DNA of 64,000 nt, from the sequence record MN445183.1, one strand, 5' to 3'. The number at the start of each line of letters is the position of its first letter. Position 1 is the first letter of the stretch. This document shows positions 47,101 through 56,868 of this stretch, in pieces. The notes under the pieces were generated by a model that worked only from the letters and a program-made list of their open reading frames with translations, ran no database searches and had not been told where the DNA came from. Position numbers and translations under genes: made by a program.

Positions 47101-48271
47101 CGATACCGTCGTGACCTTTCAGGGACTCGAGGAATTCAGTCACCGTGCCTTCGTTACCATCAGACAGCCAAACCTGGTAAGCGGATTTACCTTCTGGGCC
47201 GGACATGTCACCGAGATCAACCCACGCGCCCTGGTAGTTAGTCCAGTAGTGGCCGCCAATAACAAAGGTGTCGCCGTTGGTGTAATCAGCAGGTTCTGGC
47301 AGCTGGGAGACGTCGTCCAGGCGATCGATGATCTGCACACCCAGGCCACGTTCGCCTTGGACGCCTTGATCGCCTTTATCACCTTTATCGCCTTTCGGCC
47401 CGGTATCACCTTTATCGCCTTTCAGGCCTTGGATACCCTGTTCACCAGTGTCCCCTTTATCGCCTTTCAGGCCTTGGATACCCTGGATACCCTGTTCACC
47501 TTTGTCACCCTGAGGGCCTTTGATGCTCCCGAAGTTCACCCATTCAGTGCCGTCGGATACATACATCACGCCATCAATCAGGTACATCCAGGCCGCGTTA
47601 TCGGATGACGGTTCAGGCAGGCTGGACTCGTTAGACAGTTGACCTTTCGGGAACAGACCCAGACCTTGCGGGCCACGCAGGTCACCCAGGTCGGTCCAGG
47701 AGGAACCGTCGCAACCGTACAGGTGAGAACTGACCATCGCCAGGGCGTTTGTGTTGTCGCCGGCAGGTGGGAGCGCAGAAGCATCAGCAAAGACACCGAT
47801 AATGCTAACAGACACACCGTTCTCACCTACGAAGCTACCGATGGTTTTCCACATCGCTTCGGTAACGTTCCAGGTGTAACCCGCACCACCTACGAACCAA
47901 GTGTCACCAGCCTGGTTATCGGTGGTTGGCAAATCGTCGATAGTCGGTTTAGTGCCGAGCAGACGAATGTTGGTGCCGTCAGTGCCGTCTTTACCGTCTT
48001 CGCCTTTATCGCCCTTATCGCCTTTGTCACCCTTAGCACCAGCCGCGCCTTCAGCGCCGGTGTCGCCTTTGTCGCCTTTGTCGCCCTTATCGCCTTTTGC
48101 GCCAGCGGCACCTTCAGCGCCTTTGTCGCCTTTGTCGCCTTTCGGGCCTTTCAGAATGGAAAGCGGAAACTTAACCGTCTTACCAGACTGAACCGCAGGG
48201 ACCACTTCGTTGCCAGTTAGCTCTGAGTTACCAGCAGGCAACTGACTAATTGGAGTAGTATTGTTCGCCAT
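44120..48271 (-). CDS. collagen-like tail fibre protein
   Basis: many G-X-Y tracts (KGDKGD, GPQG) separated by 14 copies of a 45-50-aa module; ISQLP..LTG.E N-terminal anchor. Confidence 0.9.
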   Translation of the reverse strand: MANNTTPISQLPAGNSELTGNEVVPAVQSGKTVKFPLSILKGPKGDKGDKGAEGAAGAKGDKGDKGDKGDTGAEGAAGAKGDKGDKGDKGEDGKDGTDGTNIRLLGTKPTIDDLPTTDNQAGDTWFVGGAGYTWNVTEAMWKTIGSFVGENGVSVSIIGVFADASALPPAGDNTNALAMVSSHLYGCDGSSWTDLGDLRGPQGLGLFPKGQLSNESSLPEPSSDNAAWMYLIDGVMYVSDGTEWVNFGSIKGPQGDKGEQGIQGIQGLKGDKGDTGEQGIQGLKGDKGDTGPKGDKGDKGDQGVQGERGLGVQIIDRLDDVSQLPEPADYTNGDTFVIGGHYWTNYQGAWVDLGDMSGPEGKSAYQVWLSDGNEGTVTEFLESLKGHDGIGLQIRGSFGTTADLPVSGMINGDAYIIEKQMHVWDGTQWSIVGQVGPKGDKGDKGDKGEQGSIGQTGPKGDTGEQGIQGIQGVKGDKGDKGDKGDTGAPVFAKGSVANAAALPPASADNIGHYYTTLDTKHSHISNGTAWIDMGDMSGAKGDKGDQGIQGEMGPGITILGKLNATSELPGSAELGQGYLINGDFYGWDGDSFENMGPIQGPKGDTGEKGETGEKGEKGEQGNTGLQGPAGKDGTNGVDGAKGEKGDKGEKGDKGDTGTGIALKGKLASSSALPSSGNTDGDAYIVTVSGESHLMVWQTDAWEDSGVVTGIKGDKGDKGDKGDTGATGAAGAKGDTGAKGDKGDPGRSVTILGKFDNESQLPSVASNGDGYLINGHLWTWVDTAFVDVGVIQGPKGDKGEQGPKGDKGDTGEVGPQGEVGPKGDTGEVGPQGDVGAGVTPKGTVASAADLPAAAADNTGHMYVTLDDKHSHISNGTAWIDFGDFSGAKGDVGPTGAKGDKGDTGSKGDAGASVVAKGSVANAAALPAAAPANAGWYYTTADTKHSYISDGASWIDMGDMSGAKGDTGAKGDTGAKGDMGVGLVPKGTVASASALPAAAVGNTGWIYVASDTMHSHVSSGTAWLDLGSLQGPKGDKGDIGQTGAKGDKGDTGEKGIQGDRGIQGLTGEVGPQGVKGDSVSFKGHVDTDDGLPSADRVVGDTWAVGTILKYWNGASWQELGDFKGDVGPQGPQGEMGAGIRILGKKDTVGDLPASAAAAGDGYMIGTNFYVWDGSAFVNVGPIQGPKGDVGARGLTGAKGEQGDKGNKGDKGDPGTKWLVFAREPGVADGVIGDYFLDTTNQEYYQKTSTTAWSKLGVLGGGNVYDAAHDGKRKVRIDGTWVDLVFDFDRYDLKLVQPTGATLDFALGNGFKLSATTTKALTIKNLPAATRIATIVIVLEGKGGNITFTNPISWSRGEAPTLGDTRTVIALLWDGANLTGQVAMTV

Positions 48272-48301
48272 TACAGTACCTTATTCGTAAATGGAGTGGA
48301 A

Positions 48302-48823
48302 TTAAGAACCTTCGACAACGAGATACTTGCCATCTTCTGTTATCAAGGCAAAATCGTCTTCGGTCATAATGGCACCAGCCGGGATACCGATAATCGCTAC
48401 GGTAACCTGCCCTTCATACACGCGTGACTTGTTGGTCACAATCGTGTAGATGATGTTGCCATCCTGATCGAGGTTATCTGGATCGATTGGGTTGTTAACA
48501 ATTTCGCTGGGGTCCAACCCTAAACCGTAACGTTCGTTGAATGCCGCAATAACAGCATCAACGCCAGACAAGTCTGCGACTGTGAGTAAGACCTTAAACC
48601 GGAACAGAGTGTCCAGATTAAGGCGGTTATAGTTTGCTAATACACTGCCTACGTACCCGCCACCAGGTTTGGCCAGGATAGGAAGATTGGTGTCTCCGTT
48701 AACTGGATTTAGTACCTGATCAGGTGTACCAAACCGCACTTGCGCCATGGTTAAATTGACAGCATTGTCTTTATTTAACTGAGCAAGAATGATTTGATCC
48801 GAAGGCTGTTTCAGGATGGTCAT
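48302..48823 (-). CDS. putative virion protein / fibre adaptor
   Basis: LNKDN..FGTP..GYVGSV..YNRLNL domain typical of phiKZ-like virion proteins; C-terminal ITEDG repeats. Confidence 0.7.
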   Translation of the reverse strand: MTILKQPSDQIILAQLNKDNAVNLTMAQVRFGTPDQVLNPVNGDTNLPILAKPGGGYVGSVLANYNRLNLDTLFRFKVLLTVADLSGVDAVIAAFNERYGLGLDPSEIVNNPIDPDNLDQDGNIIYTIVTNKSRVYEGQVTVAIIGIPAGAIMTEDDFALITEDGKYLVVEGS

Positions 48824-48938
48824 ACAAGGTCTCCCTAACGCCGGTTTCGATGATCATAGTATATTTTCAACTTTACATAACCAGTCTATTAAGGTAGTTA
48901 CGAAATCGTATAGCTTTCTACTTAACTTGGGGTCTCGT

Positions 48939-50477
48939 ATGCCTATCGTAAAGCGCCAAATAAAGGAACAGCATAAATCGATTATTCGTCCGGTGGTGAT
49001 CGATGTGGTAAACGACCTGATTCGTTTCATGGAACTGAAACCCAACACCGACATTATCTTTAAAGGGTATGCTGAAATCGCCCTGATGCCAAACGGTATC
49101 ATTGGAATCAAAACCGATAATGAAAATAAAGAGAACATCCGCACCGTCGGTCGGGAACGTATCTTTATTGATATTGAGGAAGAGGATACAGAAACCTCGC
49201 ATTTAGAGATGCCGGTAACCTATCCAGAACAACGCTTTATTTTTGCTGATCAGGACACAGGGATATTTGTTCGGCCGATTAAGAAACGTGTGGCAATTCG
49301 GTTAAGCTTTAACAATCGCTTTACGTCGAAAGCCGCAGCAGATGCCTGGAAGGGAAACATGGAGGCGTTGCTTGCGCAGTACGTGAAAGATTACGTGCAC
49401 GAGGTGAAGTACAATTATGCTTACCCAGACGAAGTGTTGCATCTGTTACATGAACTCTGGAAGTACCGTGAATACCAGGGCGGGTACAATCAATCGTTCT
49501 CCGAATGGTTTCGTGGGTTCTCCACCAACAAGCTAACGGCCATTGCCAACCAGAACGGACAACAGACCGATCTGGTTATCGGTGAGACGGCGGATAACGT
49601 GCAGGGGAGCTGGGAGTTTGATACCACACCGTATCCAACCAAAGCCAACGCCTTAGGGAACTGGCAGGCAGAGTTCAGCTATCGTTTTGAATTCGATAAG
49701 CCGATTGCGCTGGATATTCAATACCCGATCATCATTCATAACCGGGTGTTGACAGAAGACATGATCCCACGCCGCCGTCAGCCGTCCTACCGGGGTAAGG
49801 TTTATCAGAAGCCACTGCAACAGGATCGGTTCGAAGGAATCCAGGAAGACCTAGGTGACGTTTACAACGACAACTTAACAGATTGGTTGCGCTACCCTGA
49901 GTTTGATGAGTGGCAGCTGCCACGTTTTGATTATAACTTTGTTCCGCAGTACCAGGCATTGTTAACGTTAAATCCGGAAGACCTGCAAGAAGTTGTCAAA
50001 CTCACCGAACTGGGCCCGTACAAGTTTACTCCCCGTACGCTGAAGTATTTGCAGCACGTGGGTGGTAAATGCATGCATCATCGCCAGTCAATTATTCAAA
50101 TTGCATTGTTTGAAGGCGATGACCTGATTGACCCTAACGACCTGACGTTTAATCCTCGAACGTTTGAGATTCGTGCTAACCGTGATCTGAATATCCGTAA
50201 ACAGTATCGCTTGGCTGTGTATATTGATTCTGATCTGCGTAGGCTGTGGGAAGACACGGTGTCTGATCTGAAGGACCGTGGTGTGTGGACACAGGAGGTC
50301 ATCTCGGTAATCTACCCGGACAAAGTACCACCGATAGATGAAGAGGGTCGAGTAACCGATGATGAGTGGCGTAAGCTGATCGACGGTATCGACTGGAGTA
50401 AGCTGCCATCGACCGACACTTTGTACGTGGGTCGTTTTGTTATTATTGCGAGGAGTGAACGAGATGGGTATCGCTAA
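48939..50477 (+). CDS. virion structural protein (phiKZ gp101-like by position)
   Basis: start reset to MPIVKR; synteny. Confidence 0.65.
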   Translation: MPIVKRQIKEQHKSIIRPVVIDVVNDLIRFMELKPNTDIIFKGYAEIALMPNGIIGIKTDNENKENIRTVGRERIFIDIEEEDTETSHLEMPVTYPEQRFIFADQDTGIFVRPIKKRVAIRLSFNNRFTSKAAADAWKGNMEALLAQYVKDYVHEVKYNYAYPDEVLHLLHELWKYREYQGGYNQSFSEWFRGFSTNKLTAIANQNGQQTDLVIGETADNVQGSWEFDTTPYPTKANALGNWQAEFSYRFEFDKPIALDIQYPIIIHNRVLTEDMIPRRRQPSYRGKVYQKPLQQDRFEGIQEDLGDVYNDNLTDWLRYPEFDEWQLPRFDYNFVPQYQALLTLNPEDLQEVVKLTELGPYKFTPRTLKYLQHVGGKCMHHRQSIIQIALFEGDDLIDPNDLTFNPRTFEIRANRDLNIRKQYRLAVYIDSDLRRLWEDTVSDLKDRGVWTQEVISVIYPDKVPPIDEEGRVTDDEWRKLIDGIDWSKLPSTDTLYVGRFVIIARSERDGYR

Positions 50478-51759
50478 CATCCCTGAGAAGAAGCCCGACA
50501 CGCCGTTGCCGAATCCGCCAGAGATCAAGGGTCCTAAGCTACCGAACGAAGTCGTTAACGCCGGCTACGTGCCGCTGAAGTCATTAATTACGTACGTCAG
50601 TGGTAAGCCGTGGCTCACGACGTTCCATCGTCAGATCCTGGGTCCTGGCAGTGAGCCGATGCCACCGCAGTTCGACAGCGCAAAAGCATTGCAGAGTTAC
50701 CACCGTATTCGTAAGTTTACGTTGAAGGTGCAAACTGAATTGACCCGTAACCCTAACCCAGAGAAAGGGGAAACGGAAGTCACGGGCTCTGCGCACATTC
50801 TGCCGGGCATCGTACCAAACATCTACGATACCTTCTTTGCCGATATCGGCGATGGCAACGTTGGGGTGTTCGTCATCACCAACGTCGAGCAGATGTCCAT
50901 CTATAACGATGCAGCATACTACATCGACTACGGTCTGGTTGACTACCTTACAGCTGAAATTGATGCAACCATGAATGAGCGCGTGGTGCAGGATTCGATT
51001 TACGATATGGATTATGTCCATACCGGCAAGAATCCAATCATCGCCATTGAAGAGTACTTTACTCGCGAACGCCTGTTCAATGAAGAGATGGCGCTTATCC
51101 GTCATTACTTCAGCAAGTTTTACTATAAAGAGCTGGGCACGTTGATGGTGCCACAGGTGGATGTATTCAACAAACTGTACGACCCGTATTACACACGTTT
51201 TGTGGATCGTCTGATCGAGCATGAGAAACGACCGTCTCGTTTACGCATGCTGGTATTGGATGAATCCATGGGTGGGGATAATGCACCGGTAACGCTGTGG
51301 GACATGTTGGTCACACAAGACCCACGTCAGTTTGCGTATGTGCAACGTGATCTGCGTGTAACGCCGACCAAGTACTTCCGAGGTGGTTCGGTGTTAATGG
51401 GTGGGGTGGCTTACAGCGGCTTTGACGATGTGGTTTATCCGGTAACGGATTACTCACCGTTAATGGACCGTGACCTCATGGGGGATGAAACGTCCAATGC
51501 GGATGCTGAAGGCATGTTGTTCCGCCGTATCGGCGTGATGGGTAACTATGTGTTCTCTGCGGCGTTCTATGAGCAACGTCGGGTCGACATGACCTTGTTA
51601 GAACGTGAAATCCACAACCTTATTACCGCCCAGCCTATTAACGTAGATAACGTTGATCTACTGCTGAACGTGTATTACGACGCGCCGAAGCTGGTGCAGT
51701 TCTACGCATTCCCATTGCTGGTTGTGTTGTGCCGCACAGCGTCTCAACGTTTAGTGTAA
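50464..51759 (+). CDS. virion structural protein
   Basis: start reset to MGIANI behind GAGG; structural operon. Confidence 0.65.
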   Translation: MGIANIPEKKPDTPLPNPPEIKGPKLPNEVVNAGYVPLKSLITYVSGKPWLTTFHRQILGPGSEPMPPQFDSAKALQSYHRIRKFTLKVQTELTRNPNPEKGETEVTGSAHILPGIVPNIYDTFFADIGDGNVGVFVITNVEQMSIYNDAAYYIDYGLVDYLTAEIDATMNERVVQDSIYDMDYVHTGKNPIIAIEEYFTRERLFNEEMALIRHYFSKFYYKELGTLMVPQVDVFNKLYDPYYTRFVDRLIEHEKRPSRLRMLVLDESMGGDNAPVTLWDMLVTQDPRQFAYVQRDLRVTPTKYFRGGSVLMGGVAYSGFDDVVYPVTDYSPLMDRDLMGDETSNADAEGMLFRRIGVMGNYVFSAAFYEQRRVDMTLLEREIHNLITAQPINVDNVDLLLNVYYDAPKLVQFYAFPLLVVLCRTASQRLV

Positions 51760-51768
51760 GGACAAACC

Positions 51769-52395
51769 ATGGCCCTTAAAATGTCCCGTCGCGATCATGT
51801 GGTGGCTGAAGTCAAGCGATTACAGATCGTGATCTTTGAATGTCGTTACAATTGCCGCATCATGCAGCGCGACCAGTACGACATTGAAACCCTTGAAAAC
51901 AGAGGCATCCCCGTCACGGGGATTGAGTGGCTGGACAACATTAACGATGAGTCACACGTCTCGCGTTTGCTGACCATCGAGAAAATGTGCGATTACGCCG
52001 CTAAAGGGGTAAACTTCTGGTTAGATGACCCGTCGTCCTATGCCGGTGTCATTTATAAAGCCTGCGTGGATTACATCACGTACTACGCCGAACTCAGTGA
52101 CATGTATCCGAACTTACAGATTCCGGACCAAGAAGACTTCGAAGCCCTGGATCTGTTAGCACGTAACATGTATAAACTGTATCGCTGTTACGAAACAGAA
52201 CTCGACACAGCCACCTTCATGGGTCGCCTGCGTTCGCGTCGTCGTGGTTTTGATATCAACCACTCATCGGTGAGTCGTTACGGTAAGCCGCTGACCGACG
52301 ACCAGGGTGTGGTTCCGCAGAAGGAGCACAAGTCTAACCTGTCACTGTTTGGTCATCGTTACCAGCCGCGTAAGGAGCCGACACATGACGATTGA
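51769..52395 (+). CDS. hypothetical protein
   Basis: 208 aa, AAGGA RBS. Confidence 0.8.
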   Translation: MALKMSRRDHVVAEVKRLQIVIFECRYNCRIMQRDQYDIETLENRGIPVTGIEWLDNINDESHVSRLLTIEKMCDYAAKGVNFWLDDPSSYAGVIYKACVDYITYYAELSDMYPNLQIPDQEDFEALDLLARNMYKLYRCYETELDTATFMGRLRSRRRGFDINHSSVSRYGKPLTDDQGVVPQKEHKSNLSLFGHRYQPRKEPTHDD

Positions 52396-53731
52396 TAGCA
52401 CATCGTTGATTAACGAGATTACACTGATCGCTGCGCCACAGCGACGCATGTACCACTTGTTAACCGCTGAGCTGACTTTCGACACTACCGTTGTAAACGT
52501 CTTTCGTGTGGCGACCTTACGTCGCTACGCCAACTACACCGACAACTACGCCGAAGAGTGGATCATCGATTTGGTGATCAACAAAGGACTCTACAACACG
52601 TATTTGATTGACAACCAAGACAAGCTGAACATTAACCTGTATATCGATTCGTCGTATCCAGGTCAACCACCTAATATCACCAAGCTGACCATGCGGGCGT
52701 TTCCAAAGAACACCACGGATGACCGCGTGAAACAAAACCGCTCTGCCGATTTGAATCAGGGAGAAGTCGGTAAGCTTGAGCTTGAGGTGTACCAGTTCGA
52801 ATTGCTTGATTTGGCCGTTGAACAGATGCGTGTCATGCAGACAGGGGGTAACTACCCGGTGACATCTGCGGCGTCCGTGCTACGTGTGCTGATGGGCGGT
52901 GCCGGTGCGATGTTAGATCTGCCGTTGGAACAAAAACCAAAGGCACCTGACATGATTGCTCCGGATACGGAAGTTGTCAAAAACATGGTGGCGGTAAAAC
53001 AAGGCACCAACCTCTGTGACCTGCCAGGTTACCTGCAACACCACTACGGGTTATACAACACACAGATGGGATCGTTTTATCACGACCGTTCGTGGTACAT
53101 CTGGCCACTGTATAATACCAAGCGTTTTGAGTTGGCGAATAAGACCTTGACACTCATTAACGTTCCTGCTGACCGCTTCCCGGATATTGAGACTACCTTC
53201 CAGCGTCGCGGTAGTAGCGTAGTGATCTTACTGACCGGGGATTCGGTCTACGAGGACAGCTCTAACCAGCAACAGTATAATGAAGGTAACGGGACACGTG
53301 CAGTGCGTGCCTCGGCGATGTCAGGCGATGAAGGACGAATCGTGGATAAAGGTCAGGTCTTGCTACAGCGTAGTCAGACCAACACGGAGATCATGACCAA
53401 CAATCGCCGTACTGGTGTACAGAATGCGCCGTCCGCCACGGAGATCACCGATAACACATCCCGTGTGTTAAGTCGTACAGCAACCGTTAATGGTACAACA
53501 GCCCAGTTTACATGGCAATCCTCAGATCCTGCATTGATCTTCCCTGGAATGCCTGTGAAACTGTTGTACTTGAAAGACGAGAAGGTTGTGCAGCGTTATG
53601 GTGTGTTAATTGCGGTGGAATCGCAATATCGATTAGCCAACCCTGGTTTGATTGATACGTCATTCTTAGCTGACACGGCGTTAACGGTGTTCATCAGTAA
53701 CGCGGACGACGAGTACAACACTTCACTGTAA
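52385..53731 (+). CDS. virion structural protein (possible baseplate hub-like)
   Basis: start reset to MTIDST behind AAGGAG; structural operon. Confidence 0.6.
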   Translation: MTIDSTSLINEITLIAAPQRRMYHLLTAELTFDTTVVNVFRVATLRRYANYTDNYAEEWIIDLVINKGLYNTYLIDNQDKLNINLYIDSSYPGQPPNITKLTMRAFPKNTTDDRVKQNRSADLNQGEVGKLELEVYQFELLDLAVEQMRVMQTGGNYPVTSAASVLRVLMGGAGAMLDLPLEQKPKAPDMIAPDTEVVKNMVAVKQGTNLCDLPGYLQHHYGLYNTQMGSFYHDRSWYIWPLYNTKRFELANKTLTLINVPADRFPDIETTFQRRGSSVVILLTGDSVYEDSSNQQQYNEGNGTRAVRASAMSGDEGRIVDKGQVLLQRSQTNTEIMTNNRRTGVQNAPSATEITDNTSRVLSRTATVNGTTAQFTWQSSDPALIFPGMPVKLLYLKDEKVVQRYGVLIAVESQYRLANPGLIDTSFLADTALTVFISNADDEYNTSL

Positions 53732-53734
53732 ACT

Positions 53735-53772
53735 AAACGACGGGGTCTTAACTGATCTCGTCGTTTATGCCG
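53735..53772 (+). terminator. terminator, TTATGCCG family
   Basis: aaacgacggggtc-ttaact-gatctcgtcgttt then ATGCCG. Confidence 0.85.
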
Positions 53773-53791
53773 ATTTTGAATTGCAGATGAT

Positions 53792-53807
53792 TTCAATCCT
53801 ACATTAC
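53792..53807 (+). promoter_or_regulatory. putative early promoter motif, copy 3
   Basis: TTCAatCCTACATTAC. Confidence 0.7.
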
Positions 53808-53827
53808 CGTCGTGATAATGATGACAA

Positions 53828-54325
53828 ATGGAACTTAACATGTCGCTCGATAAATTAATACACATCAGCTTTGATCACACTTTAGAAGGCATGTGGGAAC
53901 CTAAGGTACCCGCGTCCATTGATACTGGTTGCAAATCAATCTATTCAGAACCTGAGTTTCCTAGAATCTGTTTAGCACCTTCCGTGAAGGAATGTTTCTG
54001 GGCTATCTACCCTAATATCTCAAACCTATTTGAGCATCAAAAACTTCCGCACATGGACTTCTACGTCTATGCCCCTGTAACCTTGTCACACACGGAAGTT
54101 GTTACCCCGGACATGTTGACCAGTGAACGACTGGTATTAGATGCGCACGTGACGAATGAACATTGGGTACTTTCTAACACCGACATGAAACTTATTAGTA
54201 AGGTTAGGGTGTATAACCCTGGCCAGTGTCATTTCGTGTCTTTCAACCCTTTTAATGATTGCAGCATGCGCCGGCTTGATCTGGCGCCAGAGACAATCAC
54301 TTTTGAAGAATGGAGTTTACTATGA
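53828..54325 (+). CDS. hypothetical protein, possible ADP-ribosyltransferase-like fold
   Basis: IHIS...RICLAPS...FYVYAP...VLDAHVTNEHW; first gene after promoter copy 3. Confidence 0.6.
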   Translation: MELNMSLDKLIHISFDHTLEGMWEPKVPASIDTGCKSIYSEPEFPRICLAPSVKECFWAIYPNISNLFEHQKLPHMDFYVYAPVTLSHTEVVTPDMLTSERLVLDAHVTNEHWVLSNTDMKLISKVRVYNPGQCHFVSFNPFNDCSMRRLDLAPETITFEEWSLL

Positions 54326-54717
54326 TTGATGCACGCGTGGATAAAAGCATTGCCTCGGATGTGCTGATGAACCTCATGCACCCGCTGACGGAGTATGAGC
54401 GCAACTTCCTCAACACTGCTCCAGAGCTTGCACAAGCGTACCGCTTCATTGGGCTGTATCGTCTCCTCACTAATCCGGTGGTGGAGTTCTACAGCAGCCC
54501 AACCTGGTTCATGCAGTTGATCATCGAAACCGAGATCGAGCGTGATAATGTAAAAATCAACACCTGCGCCCAATTAGATGAGTACCGAGATCGCTTCATT
54601 GAAAATATGAAGAAGTACAACCTGAGCTACCACGCTAATAAACAGGTGCAGCGCTCGATCGAATTGGGATTCAATAACGTCTATGATGCCAAAGGGTTTA
54701 ATGATGAAGAAGAATGA
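54322..54717 (+). CDS. hypothetical protein
   Basis: ATG 54322 behind GGAG. Confidence 0.75.
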   Translation: MIDARVDKSIASDVLMNLMHPLTEYERNFLNTAPELAQAYRFIGLYRLLTNPVVEFYSSPTWFMQLIIETEIERDNVKINTCAQLDEYRDRFIENMKKYNLSYHANKQVQRSIELGFNNVYDAKGFNDEEE

Positions 54718-54991
54718 TTTTCACGATAAGCTGTTCCGCGTATCAATGATTAGTTTCGTAGTTGGAATGGTTGCGTTGTCGGTGATCACATTAGGCTTTG
54801 TTTTAAGTACTAAGGCACATGCCTCTCAGGACGCACCAAACGACCTGTACGCGATGCAATGCATCGACGGCCAGTGTTACTATGCAACGGGTAAGAAAGT
54901 GCCTGAGGACGTTTTGAAGAAGTTTGAAAAACACCTGGCTGATGAGATGGCCAAGTTAGAACAAGAAGAAGGGGAGTCGCGTGAAGAGTAG
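54701..54991 (+). CDS. small membrane-anchored/exported protein
   Basis: hydrophobic helix SMISFVVGMVALSVITLGFVL then AHA. Confidence 0.7.
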   Translation: MMKKNDFHDKLFRVSMISFVVGMVALSVITLGFVLSTKAHASQDAPNDLYAMQCIDGQCYYATGKKVPEDVLKKFEKHLADEMAKLEQEEGESREE

Positions 54992-55625
54992 TTTCTTTTC
55001 AATCGAAGGGTTGGACGGTTGTGGGAAGTCAGAATTACAACGCGCCATTGAAGCCGCGCTAACCGAAATGGGTGTGCGGTTCTCAATTGTAGAGGAACCC
55101 GGTCAGGATGGTGATCGTGCAGAACTGCGTCGTATTATGACCGATCCCGCAACCACGTTAGCGCCCGGTGACAAAAACATGGTGCGCACGTTGCTGATGG
55201 CTGCCGACCGTGTCATGAACGCTGAACGCATCCGGACGGACCTGGCTAACGGCATTACGGTATTGGCGTCGCGTTCGTTCATGTCCAGCGTGGTGTACCA
55301 AGGGATCATTGGCGGGCAGTTAGACCTGGTGACGGAAATCCATCAGAAAGCTAACCTGCCTTTCCCTGACATTATCTTTGTCATCAAAGTGTCTGGTGAA
55401 ACCTCTGTTAAACGCACTATGGGTCGCGGCGCGTTAGACGACATTGAAAAGCAAGTCCGCTTACGTGCCGATGAATATGCGTCTGCTTACGACTACGCTG
55501 AGGCGTTTGTCCGCCACATCACCAAAGGTAAAACCCGCGTTATCTATCTTGACGGTGAAGCATCTCGTGAAGATGTCTTTGCCCACGCTATGGCCCACAT
55601 TAAGGAGCAGCTTGAATGGAGTTGA
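54981..55625 (+). CDS. tmk: thymidylate kinase
   Basis: EGLDGCGKS P-loop, EEPG, LMAADR, SSVVYQG, PDIIF. Confidence 0.92.
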   Translation: MKSSFFSIEGLDGCGKSELQRAIEAALTEMGVRFSIVEEPGQDGDRAELRRIMTDPATTLAPGDKNMVRTLLMAADRVMNAERIRTDLANGITVLASRSFMSSVVYQGIIGGQLDLVTEIHQKANLPFPDIIFVIKVSGETSVKRTMGRGALDDIEKQVRLRADEYASAYDYAEAFVRHITKGKTRVIYLDGEASREDVFAHAMAHIKEQLEWS

Positions 55626-55960
55626 ACATGTGCGGTATCGCCCCGAGCGAAACCATCATGACCGAGTTGTACGGCTGGGGTGAGTTCCCCTTCAACTGGG
55701 TCGGTGAACGCGTTGCTGAGTTTAACGCTCTGAAGACCGATGAAAACAGCCAACCGGTTATGACGTGTGTGCTGAATCCACACGACCGTAAAGAAGACAA
55801 CGATTGGCGCTATCTTTTCGTCTACCCGGATGACAAGGATAAGTTTGACAAACTAGGTGAAGCAGCAGTAAAGATGATCGCAGCAATTCGTGACATCGAT
55901 AGCAAACTGTTTCGCGTCTCAGTGACCCATGATGGGATCGCCTGCGTTGCATTTATGTGA
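55616..55960 (+). CDS. hypothetical protein
   Basis: AAGGAG RBS. Confidence 0.8.
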   Translation: MELNMCGIAPSETIMTELYGWGEFPFNWVGERVAEFNALKTDENSQPVMTCVLNPHDRKEDNDWRYLFVYPDDKDKFDKLGEAAVKMIAAIRDIDSKLFRVSVTHDGIACVAFM

Positions 55961-55992
55961 TCCAATAAACCTTAACCTGTGAGATTGTAAAA

Positions 55993-56403
55993 ATGAAATT
56001 AGGCTACTACTACGGATTAGTGAAAGACAACAACTCCGACTTATACCGCCTTCTGAAGATCCAACGCGTTAATGCGGGTGAATCTTCGGTGGCAGCCTAC
56101 ACCCGCTGGATAAAAGAATTAGAACGTGAAGACAACAATCGCTACACTACCATGGGCCTGTCCTTTGGTGTGCTGAAAGTTGAATACAATACCAAAACGC
56201 GTATCGGCGTGGTAAAGGTAGGGTTTGCTGAGCTGGGAATGATTACGCCAAAACCGTCAATCATGTCCACGGCATTCAAAGGTGTGGCTGGTCAGACGAT
56301 GTACTTGTCTGGTAAGCCTAACCCCATACACAGCAATACCATGCTGAACCAAATTCGCGATGCGATCCTCGAACACATTAACGACGCTGTCTGGTCGATG
56401 TAA
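55993..56403 (+). CDS. hypothetical protein
   Basis: 136-aa ORF. Confidence 0.75.
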   Translation: MKLGYYYGLVKDNNSDLYRLLKIQRVNAGESSVAAYTRWIKELEREDNNRYTTMGLSFGVLKVEYNTKTRIGVVKVGFAELGMITPKPSIMSTAFKGVAGQTMYLSGKPNPIHSNTMLNQIRDAILEHINDAVWSM

Positions 56404-56412
56404 GGAACCACT

Positions 56413-56868
56413 ATGTATCAACTACACACCGACCCGAAACACTTCAGCAAGTTAATGGAGTTGCTGAGCGATTCCGTCCGACACCCCACTGACGGCGACG
56501 TTTACTTTAATACGTTCTTAGCCAGACTGAATGCGACGAATGAGATCATCACGTTAGCGTCCAGCACCGGTCAGGTCTACGTGAAGAGTAAGCAGATGCT
56601 TTACGTGCATATGGCCGTTACCCAACCAGGCGCTGAAATGATTGCTCATCTGTATCACGCGGTGCAGCGGCGTATTCACGAAGAGTGGGAAGCGGGTAAA
56701 CAGCCGTTAGGTGTTACCATTAAGCCGACGGCGATACAAGTGCGTTTTAATTATTACCAGCACAGCGGTATCTGGCTACAGGCCATGTCGTTACAGTGTC
56801 ATGGTATCATCAACAACGCGAACCAAAGTTATATCGTCGATCTACTACATAAAGCGCATACCTTGTAA
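56413..56868 (+). CDS. hypothetical protein
   Basis: AAGGA RBS. Confidence 0.75.
   Translation: MYQLHTDPKHFSKLMELLSDSVRHPTDGDVYFNTFLARLNATNEIITLASSTGQVYVKSKQMLYVHMAVTQPGAEMIAHLYHAVQRRIHEEWEAGKQPLGVTIKPTAIQVRFNYYQHSGIWLQAMSLQCHGIINNANQSYIVDLLHKAHTL

Noticed and set aside
44120-48271. Repetitive DNA as CRISPR array or satellite
   Set aside because: Repeats are in-frame G-X-Y codons with free third positions; no repeat-spacer layout and no cas genes.
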